DNA of 64,000 nucleotides. Origin: Peribolospora baueri (lineage: Eukaryota). The notes below the pieces were generated by a model. The model did no database searches. It was not told the DNA's origin and was given only the letters and a program-made list of their open reading frames with translations. Below are positions 37,497 through 50,835 of the stretch, one piece after another (within the stretch, counting starts at the first letter, position 1; every line of letters starts with the position of its first letter). The stretch covers positions 186,001 to 250,000 of the forward strand of contig JAMDHS010000008.1 of assembly GCA_029717555.1 (NCBI GenBank), in the 5' to 3' direction. Position numbers and translations under genes: made by a program.

Positions 37497-39894
37497 TCAG
37501 TGATGGAAGAGGCGAAGGCCCGTGTGAGCGAAGACGATGCCGTAGCCGTTGGCCGTCTTGATCACCTCCTCGTCCATGACGCTTCCGCCCGGCGCGGCAA
37601 CGTACTTGACGCCGCTGCGAGAGGCGCGGTGGACGTTGTCGGGGAAGGGGAAGAAGGCGTCCGAGGCGCACGAGACGCCGGTGAGCTTCTTCATGTGCTC
37701 CCTCCGCTCCGCCTTGCTCAGAGGCGACGGGACCGAGTCGAACATGGCCTCCCACTCCTTCCTCTCCTGGCCTTCGCTCATGTCCTCGTCAAAGATATCC
37801 CCCTCGACAAAGAGGTCAATGGCGTTGCTCTTCTCCGCCCTCTTGACCCCCTTCTTGAACGGCAGCGAGAGGACGCGAGCGTGGTGGCGGAGCCACCAGT
37901 TGTCCGCCTTGTTGCCGGCCAGACGGGTGCAGTGGATGCGCGATTGCTGGCCTGCGCCGAGACCAATGACCTGGCCATTGAGCGCATAGCAGACGCTGTT
38001 CGACTGCGTGTACTTGAGCGCCAAGGTGGCGACCGTGAGGTCAACGAGGGCGTTCTGGGGAAGGTCCTTGTTCGAGCTGACGACGTTAGAGAACAGGCTC
38101 GAGTCGATCTTGACATCGTTGCGCTTCTGCTGAAGACTAATGCCGTATACTTGCCGCGTCTCAGTCGAAGCAGGTACGTAGGCAGGGTCCATCTGGGTCG
38201 AAACGAGTGCGACGCGGCGAAAGAACGAAAGACATGAGCGAGGCGCTCTCGACGTGATCGAGGGTAACGACATCATCTCAGGCCAATGATTTTTTTCACG
38301 TACCTGCAAAACACAGTACTTCCCCCCCTTCTTCTTGCTCAAGATCTCCAGCGCCTCGGGCTCGTAGCCGGGGGCGACCACGCCATCGGACACCTCACGA
38401 CTGATGATCTTTGCAGTAGGAACATCGACGGTGTGAGAGAGACCAATGAAGTCGCCGAAGGAGGACATACGATCGGCACCTTGGACACGGAGTGAAGAGA
38501 GAGGGATGTATTTCGTTGGTTGCGTCCGCCGCGACTCGGGGCCACAGAAAGCTGGAGAGAACACTCACCTCGGGCCCGAGCATAAGCCGTAGCGAGCGGA
38601 GTGAGCTCAATGTCGTCGACGAAGCACAACTTCTTCTCCACGTCGCTGAGAGGCACAGCGACAGCGGCGCCGGCTGGGGAGACGTGCTTGAAGGAAGCGG
38701 CAGCAGGGAGGCCAAGGGCCTCGGAGAGCTCCTTGACAAGCGCGTAAGCGTTCAACCCGTCGAGGAAGTTGATGTAACCGGGTGATCCACAGAGAACTGG
38801 TACAAGACGGACGAAAAAAAGTCGGTGTAAAGGTCACTCGAAGCGCGGAGATACACCCACCACCGATCCCGTCCCGTCGTCACTCACCCTTCACTGGCAT
38901 CTGACCCTGCTTGACGAACACCTCCGCTGGCTTCTGATGGGGGTTAGCCCCGTACCGGAGCGGCATCCACTGCACCAAACCCTCCTTCTCCGTTGCGGAA
39001 GAGGGAGCGGTGGCGTACTTGGAGCGGAAGTAACCAGAGATGGCCTCGTCGTACGTAGCGGTGTGGGTGAAGGCCTGATGGAGTGGGTAGGGCGGACGGC
39101 AGACGGCGAGTACAAGTGGGTGACCTGAAACCCAGCCCGTCCCACGAGAATGTAGAGGCGATGGGTCGCAGTACGACAGCTTACCTTGACGGCCATCCTC
39201 TTCCTCCATTCCACACTCTCCTCGTCCTGCTTCCCGACGAGCTCGAGCGCCTTCCCATAATCCGCTGGGTCGCTCAGAACCCACACCCTCTCGTGGTTCT
39301 TCGCAGCGGCCCTGAGCAGGGTGACACCTCCAATGTCGACCTCCTCGACAGCCTGAGCAATGGTGGGAGGCGGGTCCTGAGAGATGCAGCGAACGAACGG
39401 GTAAAGGTTGCAGACAACCACCGAGATGGGCGCAATCTGCTGCGCTGACAGGTCGGAGACGTCAGAAGGAAGGCCGAGTCGGGCAAGGATGCCGCCGTGC
39501 ACGGCGGGGTGGAGCGTCTTGACCCTTCCGCCAAGCATCTCAGGCGCTTTGGTGATGTCTGAGACGTCGCTGTTGGGCCACAGAAGGACGCATGAAAGCG
39601 AGCGTGGTCAGATATAGAATATATCCACTAAGGCGCAAAAATAACCCGCTCAAACGTTTCCAGCACCAAACAAACAAACGACTCCAGAGCAGAACAAGCG
39701 CCATCGTGGGCGACCTCGCGAAACCCCACTCACGCGATGGGCAGACCGGCGTCGCGGACCATCTTGGCCGTTCCTCCCGAGCCGAGGAGCCTAAAGCCCT
39801 GCTCGTGGAGGCCCTTGGCGAGTGGAAGGAGGCCATTCTTGTCGTACACGGACAAAAGAGCAATTGGCTGCTGTTGCTGTCCCTGATCCGCCAT
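37497..39894 (-). CDS. ADE17: Bifunctional AICAR transformylase/IMP cyclohydrolase (PurH)
   Basis: [97 protein letters not shown]. Confidence 0.97.
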
Positions 39895-40457
39895 GATGAG
39901 GTTGTTTACCTGTCTGAGGTGGTCGGGTTGTTCGAGGACGATGGAGCTAATGGTTTACGCCAGACTTCTCAGCTGGGAATGCGACTGGAAATTCGTATTT
40001 CGTCACGTGCCTCCTTTAGAAGTCGTCCTTCGTGGCGTTCGCAAGGCTCCTCGTCGACCAACTGTCTCCCAGCCGTTTCAACCGGGCCTGCCAACTCGCG
40101 CAAAGGCAGATGACCCGTGCGGTCACCCTGTCATCTCTGTGTTCTAAGTATCGTCCGAAGTCTTGTTTTCCGAGCCCGTCGGAAGGACGCCATCAGAAGG
40201 ACGTCGTAGGCACGGCGACGGACGGACATGACGGAGATCCACGGACTTTCTAAAATAACGACTTTTTTGCTCTTGTAACGGATATACGCGGACATCTGTG
40301 GCCTCGTATCAGACAAGGCGGGCCGTCTGATCGTTCTCAACGAGTCGACCACTATAAGGGACTTTCGCGACTCTGCTGTGCGCCCGGCTTTGAGCCCTCG
40401 CACACACGCCATTCCTCCATGCCCCGACCTAGGTAGGCTCAACTTCTCTTGCTTTGC

Positions 40458-43400
40458 ATGCCGGACGAGCCTGTCCTTCCGGCGGCAGCCCGCACGAGGG
40501 GCGTTGCCCCCGTTGGGGGTGACCGAGCAGACCCTCTTCCCGAGACGCCCTCTCGCCAGCGCCGGCAAGACGCTCGCTCTCGACCTCGGCTGCCACCTGC
40601 CGTCTATGAACCCTCCTTTTATTATGGTCATGGCCACTCAGGACGTCGACCCGCGCTACTCGCTGGCGACGGCCGTCCATCCTCGCCGTCCCATTTGGCC
40701 GAGCTTCCAGACAGCGAAGGAATGCCGAGCACACCATGTGAGGCGGAGCAACTGCATCCCGCTGATGCCGCCGGCCAAGCTCTGATGAACGATGCCCTGC
40801 GCGAGCTGCTCCCCCTTGGCCATGAGCCCTCACCTTCCTCTCCGCCCTCCCATGATGCGCCCCCCGCCTCGCCTTCTCGCTCCCGTCATTTACACTCTGG
40901 TCGCCCACGCCGCGGCGTCAGCGTCAGTCCGACGAGATCCTCTAAAGCGGGCCCGCACGCCGAGAAGCCTCGCAGGCTGTCGACAAGTACTGTAGCCAGC
41001 AGCAAGAAGGAAGCTCTCTCCTGGGCGGCACCTACGACACCGACGGGTGCGTTCGAGGGTCGCAAGGTGAGGAAAAGGAGGAGGAGGGCAGAGAGGAACA
41101 ATAGGTGGAAACGAGCTTGGGAGGAGGGAGACATTTATCGGGGTCTCGAGACCGTTCCCGTCTTTGACGACAAAGTAGAGGAAGAGGCTTCAACGTCCTC
41201 TTCCTCCTCTTCTGCCTCCGACGGTTGGGCAGCATGGAAACGAGGTCGAGCGGGGCGCGCGGTCCGAGAGCTGCTCGGCTTCCTCGGCAGCTCCTCTTCT
41301 TCTTCCGACTCCTCCGACTCTTCCTCCTCCTCAACCGGTTCAGACGCCTCTTCCGACGAATCTTCCGTCAGCTGGCGATCCCGCGCCATTTCCGGTTTCC
41401 GCTCCCGACGTCGGTCTTCGTCTTCCTCTCCTGCCCGCTCTAAGTCTACTCCTAGCGTGCAGACCCCGACGAACACAAAGTCCATGCCGAAGAGGTCCAA
41501 GCGGAGAAGAAGAAGGCGCAGACGGAGGACGGGCGATGCGTCGCTCGATCGCCAGATGCACAGCCGCGAAGCAGACGACGCGGACTCCGTGCGCAAGCGT
41601 CAACAAGCAATTACAGAGTACACCCTCCTCAGCCCAATAGAGCTCCCATTTCCGGACTCTTGGGTTGGGACGCCTCGGCCCCGGCTTCCGCGGGAGACTC
41701 CGTTATCAACCATCGTTCCTGGCCTTACCACCAATGCGCGTGACCGGCCCGCGTCCCGCTTGCTCACCTCTCGTTCCCTTGCGCCCGTTGTCCAAGGTTT
41801 ACGTCACTTGCGGCAGTTCGAGTTGCAGACCGACAATCAGGACGGAGATCTTGGCGTGCACCCTCAGCAGCAGACGGCCAATGACAAAGAGCTTCATGTC
41901 CCTGATGTTCTGGTCGATGAAGCGAAGGCCGGGCCTTCCCGACCTATTAGCCAGCGTAGAATACAGAGCGTCTCGCAGCCTTCTACGCATCGGACGCCAG
42001 TTGAAGACGCGAGGGCTCCAGAGGACTTGACCGGCGACCTGGGGTTGTTAACACCGCCGCTGTCGACCACGTGAGTTCCTGTCCCCTCTGTGTCCCCAAG
42101 GAGGAGTCACTTTGGTTTATCAACGATTCCCTGATTCCACTTCATGCTTCCTCTCTCTATTTTGGCATTCGCAGCCCAGACGGGCTCCCCTCCAACGCTT
42201 CTGTAGCCGACACGAAGAGAAAGCACCAATTTGATCCTGCGACAAAGTCGACGTCGGGGCCCGCAAACTCTGGCGCGGCCGATCCGTCCAAACCTGCGGC
42301 GTCGATGAGAAAGTTTGACCTTGGCATCGGCCAGCACGGTCGATGTGGCGCATGGTGGCTGGACATCGCGTCGCCGAAGGCTCAGGACATGCGAGAGTTG
42401 AGCAAAGTAAGTCGGTCTACATCTTCCCTTGCCTTCGCATCGTTGCCGGGGTGGATTGTTGATTCCTGAACATCGTTCACTCTCAATTAATGCTTTCCGA
42501 CTTCTCAACGGCACTCGACCAGGTTTTCCCCCTCCACCCACTGACGATCGAAGACGTGCTCCAACAAGAATCGCGCGAGAAGGTGGACGTTTTCGACCGG
42601 CTGGGGTACTACTTCATCGTCATCCGCGCCATCGACGAGAGTTACTTCCGGTGCTCGTCCACTTTGGAATCCCCACCGTCTCTGTCTCGTGTGCTGTCGA
42701 AGGAGAGCGAGGGGCGTTCTGATGGGGCTAGTAAAGAGGAAAAGCAGGTGGGCCTGTCGAATGGGTATAGAAACATGGCTGGGGTGGGAGATGGATACGA
42801 GGCTGATGAGGAGGAGGTGGTCCAGGGAAGGAAGCTACGGAGGCCTCGAGTGGACATCCTTGAGCAGCCCGGGGGCAAGGAGGGCGTGGAGGGCGTGAGC
42901 GTAGGAGCCGTCAACGTGTACCTCGTTGTTTTCGCCGGCGGGGTCATCACTGTGAGTGCTTCTTCCGAGCTTGTGTTTCCCTCCTCTCTGCAGCCGCGTC
43001 ACGTCTCCTAGTTTCGGATGGGAGAAGGGCAACGGGCTCACACGCCGAGAGAACGCACGTTCACAGTTCCATTTCGAGGACGTGGGGACGCATCTCTATC
43101 GTCTAAAGCACCGAATTCTTTCCTTTGATAATCCTGCCAATATGACTTCCGGTGAGTGAGCGAAAGAGCTGTCTTTTGTTCACCATGCCGTCGCGTCCGA
43201 CGCGCTAATCTCTGCTTTCGAAACGCACACATGTATGTGTGTTTGCGTGTAGATTGGATCGCGCACGGCTTCCTCGATTCAATTGTCGATGCCTTCTTCC
43301 CTTTCCTCTCCTATAATGAGCTCGAAATCGATGAGCTTGACGAGCTCATCAACGACCACGACAACAAGCCGCAGGTCGGCAAGGCAGAGCTAAGGCTTCG

Positions 43401-44545
43401 AAAGGCCCTCATCGCCGAAGCCTTGTCAGGCCATGCGCCGAACAAGGACACCGGTTTGGGAAAGGAGCTACGCAAGCGTCTTCGTCCGGGAAACGGCAGC
43501 AAAGGAGCAGGGACGTTGGACGAGAAAGAGCTTTTTCCAAATTCGGTCTCGGCGTCTCGATCTTCGATACGTGCCATCCGTCCTTGGTCACCATTCGCCT
43601 CGCTCTCTCGACTGTTTACCAGACGACGAAGGCGTCCCTCCACACGCTCCGTCGCTTCTGCACCCTCGATCTCGTTGCCCGAGAAAGGCATGCAGTTCGT
43701 CGGCATCAAGGCCTCTGGGCCGACAAGCGGTGCGAACCAGAAGATCGAGCAAGGCGCGCTGCTGCGCCGCATCACCGATACGAAGAAGCTCGTCGTAGGC
43801 ATTTCCCGCCTGCTCGCGCCCAAGGGAGAAATGGTTCGCGGGCTCAAAAAGAGATTGGCGGAGAACACTGTTCGCGTTAACATCCCCGGAATGGGGCGTA
43901 GCGACGTGCACATATACATGGGCGACATTGACGGTAAGTCCAGATGTAGAACGGCGAGCGAGCGGCCATAGGGAGGGTGCCGGTCACTAACGCATGTCTC
44001 TCGTGCACATTCTTCCCTTTGCTCCCCGCGGTGCTTATAAACGGCTCGACTCGACGTAGACCATATCGTGACGATGCAGCAAAACCTCATCTTCCACGAC
44101 GCGACCCTGATGCATCTCCATTCGGCTTACCTCTCGCGCCTACGCATGTTCCAGTCCACCGCGCAAGCGAAATCTGCGCGTTCTCTCATGCTGCTTTCCT
44201 ATGTAACACTTAACTTCATCGCCATCGCTCCTTTCGTGGGTGAGTGTGTTGTGTTTGGCGTCTTTCGCCATGGAGACCTCGCGTTGAACGCCAAAAACTC
44301 AACTTGTTTCCTTCGGTTGCTCGGCTCCAACTGCGACAACAGGCATCTTCTCCATGAATGTCCACGTCCCCCACAACGGTTTATGGGACACGCACCTAGA
44401 GCCGGATGGTTCGGTACCTCCGCACACATGGTTCTTTATTCTCCTCGGCATCGTCTGTCTCGTCGCATGCTCCGTTGCCGTCTATTTCATCACCGTACGG
44501 CGCTTGGCCAAGCGCAAGTGGACTCGTGTGGCCCAAGGCCGCTAG
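40458..44545 (+). CDS. MNR2: CorA-family Mg2+ transporter, MNR2/ALR-like, with long disordered N-terminus (start uncertain)
   Basis: WWLDIASP, FPLHPLTIEDV..REKVDVF..GYYF, DWIAHGFLDSIVDAF, YMGDIDDHI; two C-terminal TM helices around IFSMNVHVP. Confidence 0.82.
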
Positions 44546-45275
44546 ATCGTCGCGTAGAAGGGTTTTTTGGATGGGCGATCGATGGTCTTCGGGATGGACA
44601 AGTGATGGATGACTGGCCGGCGGCCGGTCCACTCACATTCGCGTATATACTACACCGGTTTGGATTTTTTTTCACCTTTGCGAGCCGCGGGATGACGACG
44701 TCAGGGCACAAACTCACCAGCTCGGCCTTGCTGGAGGACTCAGGCAAGCGGCCACGACGCGAGCGAGAACCTATGCGCTCGAGTACGTCCAGCGATACCG
44801 GTTTCCACGACCTATGGAGGTTCCCTGTCGAGCGTTCTTGCAGCGGCCCTCATCTTCTCGTCGTTCCAGGCGCAGACATGGTGGGCGTGCTCGCCGACGA
44901 TTGGAGGGGGATCGGGTGTCCGGGATCAGGTATAGAATAGAATCGGGACTCTCTGTTTGCTATTTGGATCGCAGTACTGTAATCTCATTACCATCATCCC
45001 AACGCCCGTCTTCGCTTCCCGAGTCCCGTCGATCTAGACGGCGCACGTCTGCAGTCAAAGTTCAGAGTCCTCTCGCCTCAGGTCCATCGATTCTAGAAAT
45101 CCACTCGGGAGCTTGCTTTGCGGAGTGTCTACACCGTTCCTCACGTCGTCCGTGGAACACAAGGAAAAGACAAATGACGAAAGGACAGAGCACTAACAGA
45201 CGACAACGATCTGATATCCCACGCTCCTGCTCTCGATCAGACGGTCAAGCCCGGTTCAGGGCCACGGGTCTAGTC

Positions 45276-48153
45276 TTAAGTGGCCAGCGCAACCTCCTTG
45301 AGGCCAGCGACCTCGATGACGCCGCCGATGAGGTGCAAACTTCCCGTTACCAGCACGTCCGCCCCGCCATCCTTCCCCGCCCCCGTTTCCGCGGCGATGC
45401 GCTCGACGACCCTGACGGCGTCCTCGACCGAGGGCAGGACGTGCACCCTGCTCGATCCCCCCTCAGCCTCAAGAGGGGCGGCGGCGTCAAGCGCGGCGGA
45501 GGGGCCCCTGGTGCCAGGGCCGGAGGAGCCGACGAGGTCGGACCAGACGGAAGCGAGCTCTCTTTGGACGGTCAAGGAGGAGAGGTCGGCAGGGTCAATG
45601 GTCTTGTTCGCCATATCTGCCGTCGGCGTCGGCGTCGGTGTGCCGATAATGGGACGAAGAAGAACGGACAAAGCCAATAATGATGAGATGACACGCGGCG
45701 ATGGCGAAAAAAAACTTTCCCAACTAGACGCTCACCGCCCTTGAAATCGCCGCTCGCATAAGTGACGTTGGTGCAAAAAACGACGTGATCCCAGTACCGC
45801 CTCGCGTGGCGGTACTTCTCCGCTCCGTCCACCTTGTCCTCACCGGCAGAGGCAGAGGCATTGAGGGCCAGCTCTTCGGCGCCCACCAAGCTGCGCTCCA
45901 CGCCGTCGAGGATTGCGGAGAGGAGGGAAGGTGCGGACCGACCAGAGGTGCAGTTGAAGATGAGCACGCGTGGACGCTCGCTCAAACCGACGCTGGCTCC
46001 GTCATATCCAGAACCGGGGCCCCGTCGCTGTCCCGTTCCCGACCCAGGCCCAGATCCCATGGCGCGCTCCCTCCTCTCGGCGCCGACGTACCACTCCACA
46101 CATAGCGCAAGGCTCTCGACTGTATGCGCCCCGTCGAGATACCACGTCGCTCTTCTCGCGTTCCCAGTGGGAGTGCGAGGCGGAGGCGAGACCTCGGCGT
46201 CGTGAACCACCTGACATCGTCCTGGCCAGCGTACGCGGACGAGTCCTCGAATGGCCCATTCGGGGAGGGGCTGGAGATCGGTGGAGGAGGAGGAGGTAGG
46301 AGGAGGGATCGGAGAAGAGCTGGTGGTCTGGGAGAGAAAGGAAGAGACGAGGGAGAGCGCCAGGGACGCATTGGAGATCTGGTGCGTGCCTTGGAGGCCT
46401 TTGCAAAGGATAAGCGGGCGCACAGGAGGGGACGAGCGTCGTCGTCAATCCATTGGCTCGCCTCGAGGTCGTCTGATCAGTCGCGTGCAATTCTCGGACA
46501 CGCGACGGCATGAACGCTCACCGAGCGGAATAGCCTCCAGTCGTGGATCTCGTGGTACGATGGTAAAGCTCGAAGCCTGTGATCGATGAATGAAGGCACA
46601 GCAGGTTCGACTGGCGTCGGAAATCTCGCCGGAACCTTCCAGCCCGAATAGTTCTCCCCCGCTCGCCGGCTCAGCTGAAACTCACCTTCGCCTCCGCGGC
46701 TTTCCTTCTCAAAACGTCCAACGGGCTGAGAGGCTGCTCCACGGAGAAGGCGGGCACGCCCTCCTTGTAAATCCCCCCCTTCTGGCCGGCGATGGCCTCG
46801 ATGGTGTTGCCTAGCACGGCAACGTGGTCGATGCCCAACGCGGTGACGCCCGTTACAATCGGGCGGGGAACGATGTTGGTACTGTCTAGAGTGCCGCCTA
46901 CGCCGACCTCCAGGATCGTTGCGTCCACCTGCACCGCGAGGCGAGCGAGCGATCGGATTAGAGGGACGGAACGAAGCCACAATGTGAGTGTTGGCTAGAT
47001 CACGTTGGGCAGTACCACGTGACACACAAGGCAAGTATGGATCAAATCGATGACTTACCTTTTCTTGCAGGAACACATGAAAAGCCATCGTGGTCATGTA
47101 ACGAAAGTAGGCTGGCTTTCCCGGCGTCGTCTCGAGTTTGCGCTGTCGCCCGAGGACGACGGGACAGCGAACGTCGGAGAACGGGAAGGGCATATGAGCG
47201 TGCAAACTCCGCTTTCTCGCAAACCAGATTGTAGAGGAGGGGTGGGATGCAAATGCAGTAGACGAAAGCGGCGTACCTCGGGGTTGGCCTCGAAACGGTC
47301 CCAGACCTCGAAGAAGTACTTGGCAAAGGTCTCTTCGGAGAGTGGCTCGCCGTTGATGCGAATGCGCTCTCGCGCCGCCACGAGGTGCGGAGAGGTGTAT
47401 AGACCTAATCAAGGGGAACAGGGCAAGAGGTGAAAACATAAATGAGGATAGCTCCACTGGATCACAGTGGACGAAAGCAGTCGACTCACCGATCTTCTTG
47501 TCCGGTTGGAAAGAACGTAAGAGGGAATCACAGAAGGCGGACGTTGAACCTTTCCCCTTTGTTCCAGTTATGTGAATCACGTTGAGCTTATTCAGGTCTT
47601 CAGGCTAAAGAGCAGCACGTCCGGCATTGGGAGCCGGGGAGAAGCAATGAATGGCTTAAACGACAGGTAATCTGGCGAATGCGAGACGGACAGATGGGAG
47701 ACGGCGACGGCGCTTACCTGGTACCCTACCCTCTGAAGGTACTCAATCGTTTCCGGCATGGTAAAGCGGTCCATGCTGCCCTGAGCCTTTCGGATGGCCT
47801 CGAGCACGGAGGCGTTAGTCTGGAGCGAGTTGAGGCGCTCGATCGCATCCTACCAGTTATCCGTTTCCGGCCCGTCCAAGTGATCGTGGGGGTCGCAGCG
47901 GGGAGTTCGTATGTTCAGCCAGAATGCATGCAAGAACAAATGGAGAGAGGAGCGCCACATACACAACCGATCTTACCTCGTACGTCCTACCCGACGAAGC
48001 CATCCTGACCGCCGATGGCGACGAGGCGAGATGGAAGGAGCACCGCGAAAGGGGACGACAACGCAGGGCAGGGGCTAAGACGAAGGCGCACAGGCGACGA
48101 GGACAACAGGCGAGCGCGGGAGAGAGCAGAGGCCTGACGGGGGACGAGCGCAT
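45276..48153 (-). CDS. MET7: Folylpolyglutamate synthase
   Basis: RTYEDAIERLNSLQTN, IHITGTKGKGSTSAF, LYTSPHL..RERIRING, ILEVGVGGTLDSTN, WPGRCQ, WYLDGAHTVES, LVTGSLHLIGG; second in-frame ATG at 48003. Confidence 0.95.
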
Positions 48154-48972
48154 GCACGCAGAGCCGTGACCAACGATGACGACCAGTCCGTCTCGCCGCT
48201 GGCCTCGAAGATCTTCTCGACTGACTGCCAAGCGCTCATCACTATCAACCACATTTGTTCGCCGCAGCCGCCAGGTCACGTGGATGCATCGACGAGCACC
48301 GTGGTTACGCGGCTGAAAGCGGCAGCTCAGCGCAAAGTCGGAGGTGCAGACCGGCCGCACGCTCAAAGCTGCCGTCTTCCTTTTTCTCTGCGGTTTTCCT
48401 CTTTGTAATATTACAAATCTTAACAGCAGCGCCTTGGAGTGGTGGGATGCCTTTTCATTGTCCAACGAAGGACACTGAGTTTGGGGGTCATGGACAGTAA
48501 TGGAGAAAACTTGTGGAAATATGACGAAGGCTTGTAAGACAAATAATCAATTGGCGCGACCAGATGTTGGGCTCACTTTGTCTTGTTGTACTCAGAGAAG
48601 AGGTGTCCGAACCTGAAGGATGAGACGATGATGCCAGCCGTCTACCATCCTTGTTTACAGCAGTCGTGTCAAGTTGCCGGTGCGCTTGTTGGTCGACGGC
48701 CTATCGTTTCCTCTCCCCTTTTGTCTTACGTTCGTCCACGTCGCCCTTTCTCCAGCTTGGAGACACAGATCCGTATTTCCAGAGAGATAGGCCACCACGA
48801 TCAACCGACTGCGGCATGACCCACCGACTCGTTTCCATCGCGACCGCTCGCCGTCCATTCTTGCGTTACCTCGTCCGTCATCGCCTCCCATTCTCAGACA
48901 AGATGGCCACCCGTCCTCCTCCATCTCCCAACCCTTCTCGCTCGACGTCGTTTCCCTTCCCTGACTTTCTAG

Positions 48973-50324
48973 CCCTCCGTCGCTCATAGCCAGTCTTCCG
49001 CCCAGAAGGCTCGCCCATGTGAGCCCCTTCGACGAGACGACAGAAACGTAGGTCCGGGCTGGTCGCTGACGCCATGTTCCATCCGTCCTTTCCTCTCGTC
49101 CAAGTCGCTCTTTCCTTTAATATTCCCAAGGTCCTCCGAGGAGCAAGGGCAGCATCTGGACATGTTCAAAGACACCCCGGCCCACGTACCCCGCTCCGCT
49201 CGCCGCCCTCCACCCACGCCGCTCTTGCTGGGCGTCGCGAAGGAGAACGCTCGTCGGCTTCCCCGCCACCAGCCCAAGTACCCTCCTCCCCTCGATCCGC
49301 TTCAGAGTTCGAGGACGAGGGCTCTGCTCAAGGGTAGGGACGAGAGGGTCGTCGGTGTCACTCGGGTCGGCGTCGTCGTCCCGCCTCCGCCTCCGTCTTC
49401 CTCGTCTTCCTCTTCAGTTGGGAAAGGGGAGTTGGCGACGGCGACAGAGACGATGGAGCAGACGGAGCCGCTGGTGGCCACGTCGTTGAGGAACGTAAAG
49501 AGCATTGCCGTTTTGCGCTCCGTACGCGAGGAAGGGGCGTCGCCGTACGACACCGTTTCCGGAGACTTGTCACAACGACGCCGCCCGCGAAGAGGCACCG
49601 ACGTCCTCCCGCTACCCCCGCCCATCCCAACGATCGCCTCGCGCCCCCTTCCACCTCCGCCATCCTCTTGCGGCACGTCCTCCTCCGCTTTCACCTGTCC
49701 CCCCTCCCACCCGCTCAGCCGCGCTCGGTCCTTTTCTGTCACTTCGCCTCAGGACCGGAGCGGGAGTGCTTGGACTAGCAGTGGAAACGGCGTGGGTGAC
49801 GCCGGATGGGGGGACGGTGAGGGCGAGGAGGACGAATTCGGGCTGGATGAAATGGCAGACGTGCCCAGCGGCGGCGGCGGTCTCGGATCGTCGGGCAGCG
49901 TTGGCGGCCCCGGTTCCGGAGGGGCGATGGGAAGGTGGTGGTGGTGGGGATGGGGAGGCGCTGGTGCCGGTTCCGGTGCTGCGAGTGGGATCGAGGGCGC
50001 GGCGGTGGTTCCGAGGTGGGACAGGCAGCCGGATATTGACAAAGTGGAGATGCCGGTCAGTCGTCTATTCTCTTTTGTCCAAACGGCGTGCTCGCCGTGC
50101 CATGCCATGCCGTTTCTTGTTTCTGCGCGCTCACTTGCGCATCGTCCGTCCTCCCCGTTCTCCTCATCGCATAGGCCATATCCAGCTACACCAACCCATA
50201 TCTCTACGGACAAGAGGACGAAAAATCAGCGTGGTCGTACGACATGAATACCTCGGCCTCGTCTTCCGATCTCCCCCTTCGCAGACCGCCCGCGCCAGCG
50301 TCCGTGTTCGCACCGGCGTATTGA
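48973..50324 (+). CDS. Hypothetical low-complexity protein (5' end unresolved)
   Basis: Exons 48973-49047, 49131-50055 and 50174-50324 join in frame with GT-AG introns, ending ..DIDKVEMP-AISSYTNPYLYG..PAY*; no known domain recognised. Confidence 0.45.
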
Positions 50325-50835
50325 GTGGTCGATCAGATGCGAATGCGACTGTCGTTGCCTGCGACGTGGGACTGCGCGAGAGCGCCCCACTCGTCCACTC
50401 GCTCTCAAGGCTTGCGTTCCTGTTTCCCCTTCCGACTCTCTGACTCGCGCTGGCCGTGTCATCTTTCCCTGTCTCGGTCTCCGTTTCGTCCCCCTTGTAC
50501 CCTCTGACGTATCCGCTCGGTAGCGAGCTCGCTTGCCTGTATTGTTTTGAAAGAGGCGGACCACGACAGTGTGAAAATTTTGTATGAGAGCTCTCGTGGT
50601 CATAACGGTTCTACGTTGGATGGCGGTCTTAGAGTGACTGGAAGAAGGCGCGACTTTGAAGTGATCGACGGGAGAATGACTCGGGATGCAATCTTCTTCC
50701 TTCTTCCAGGCCGACGACAACAACAGAGACAACAGAGACAGAGACAGACACACTTGGACCCCACTCCTTCTCCTTCTCCATCGTCGCCGCCTTCTCCTTC
50801 TCATCCTCGCGCCCACTCCCTCTTTTCCCCGTCCC

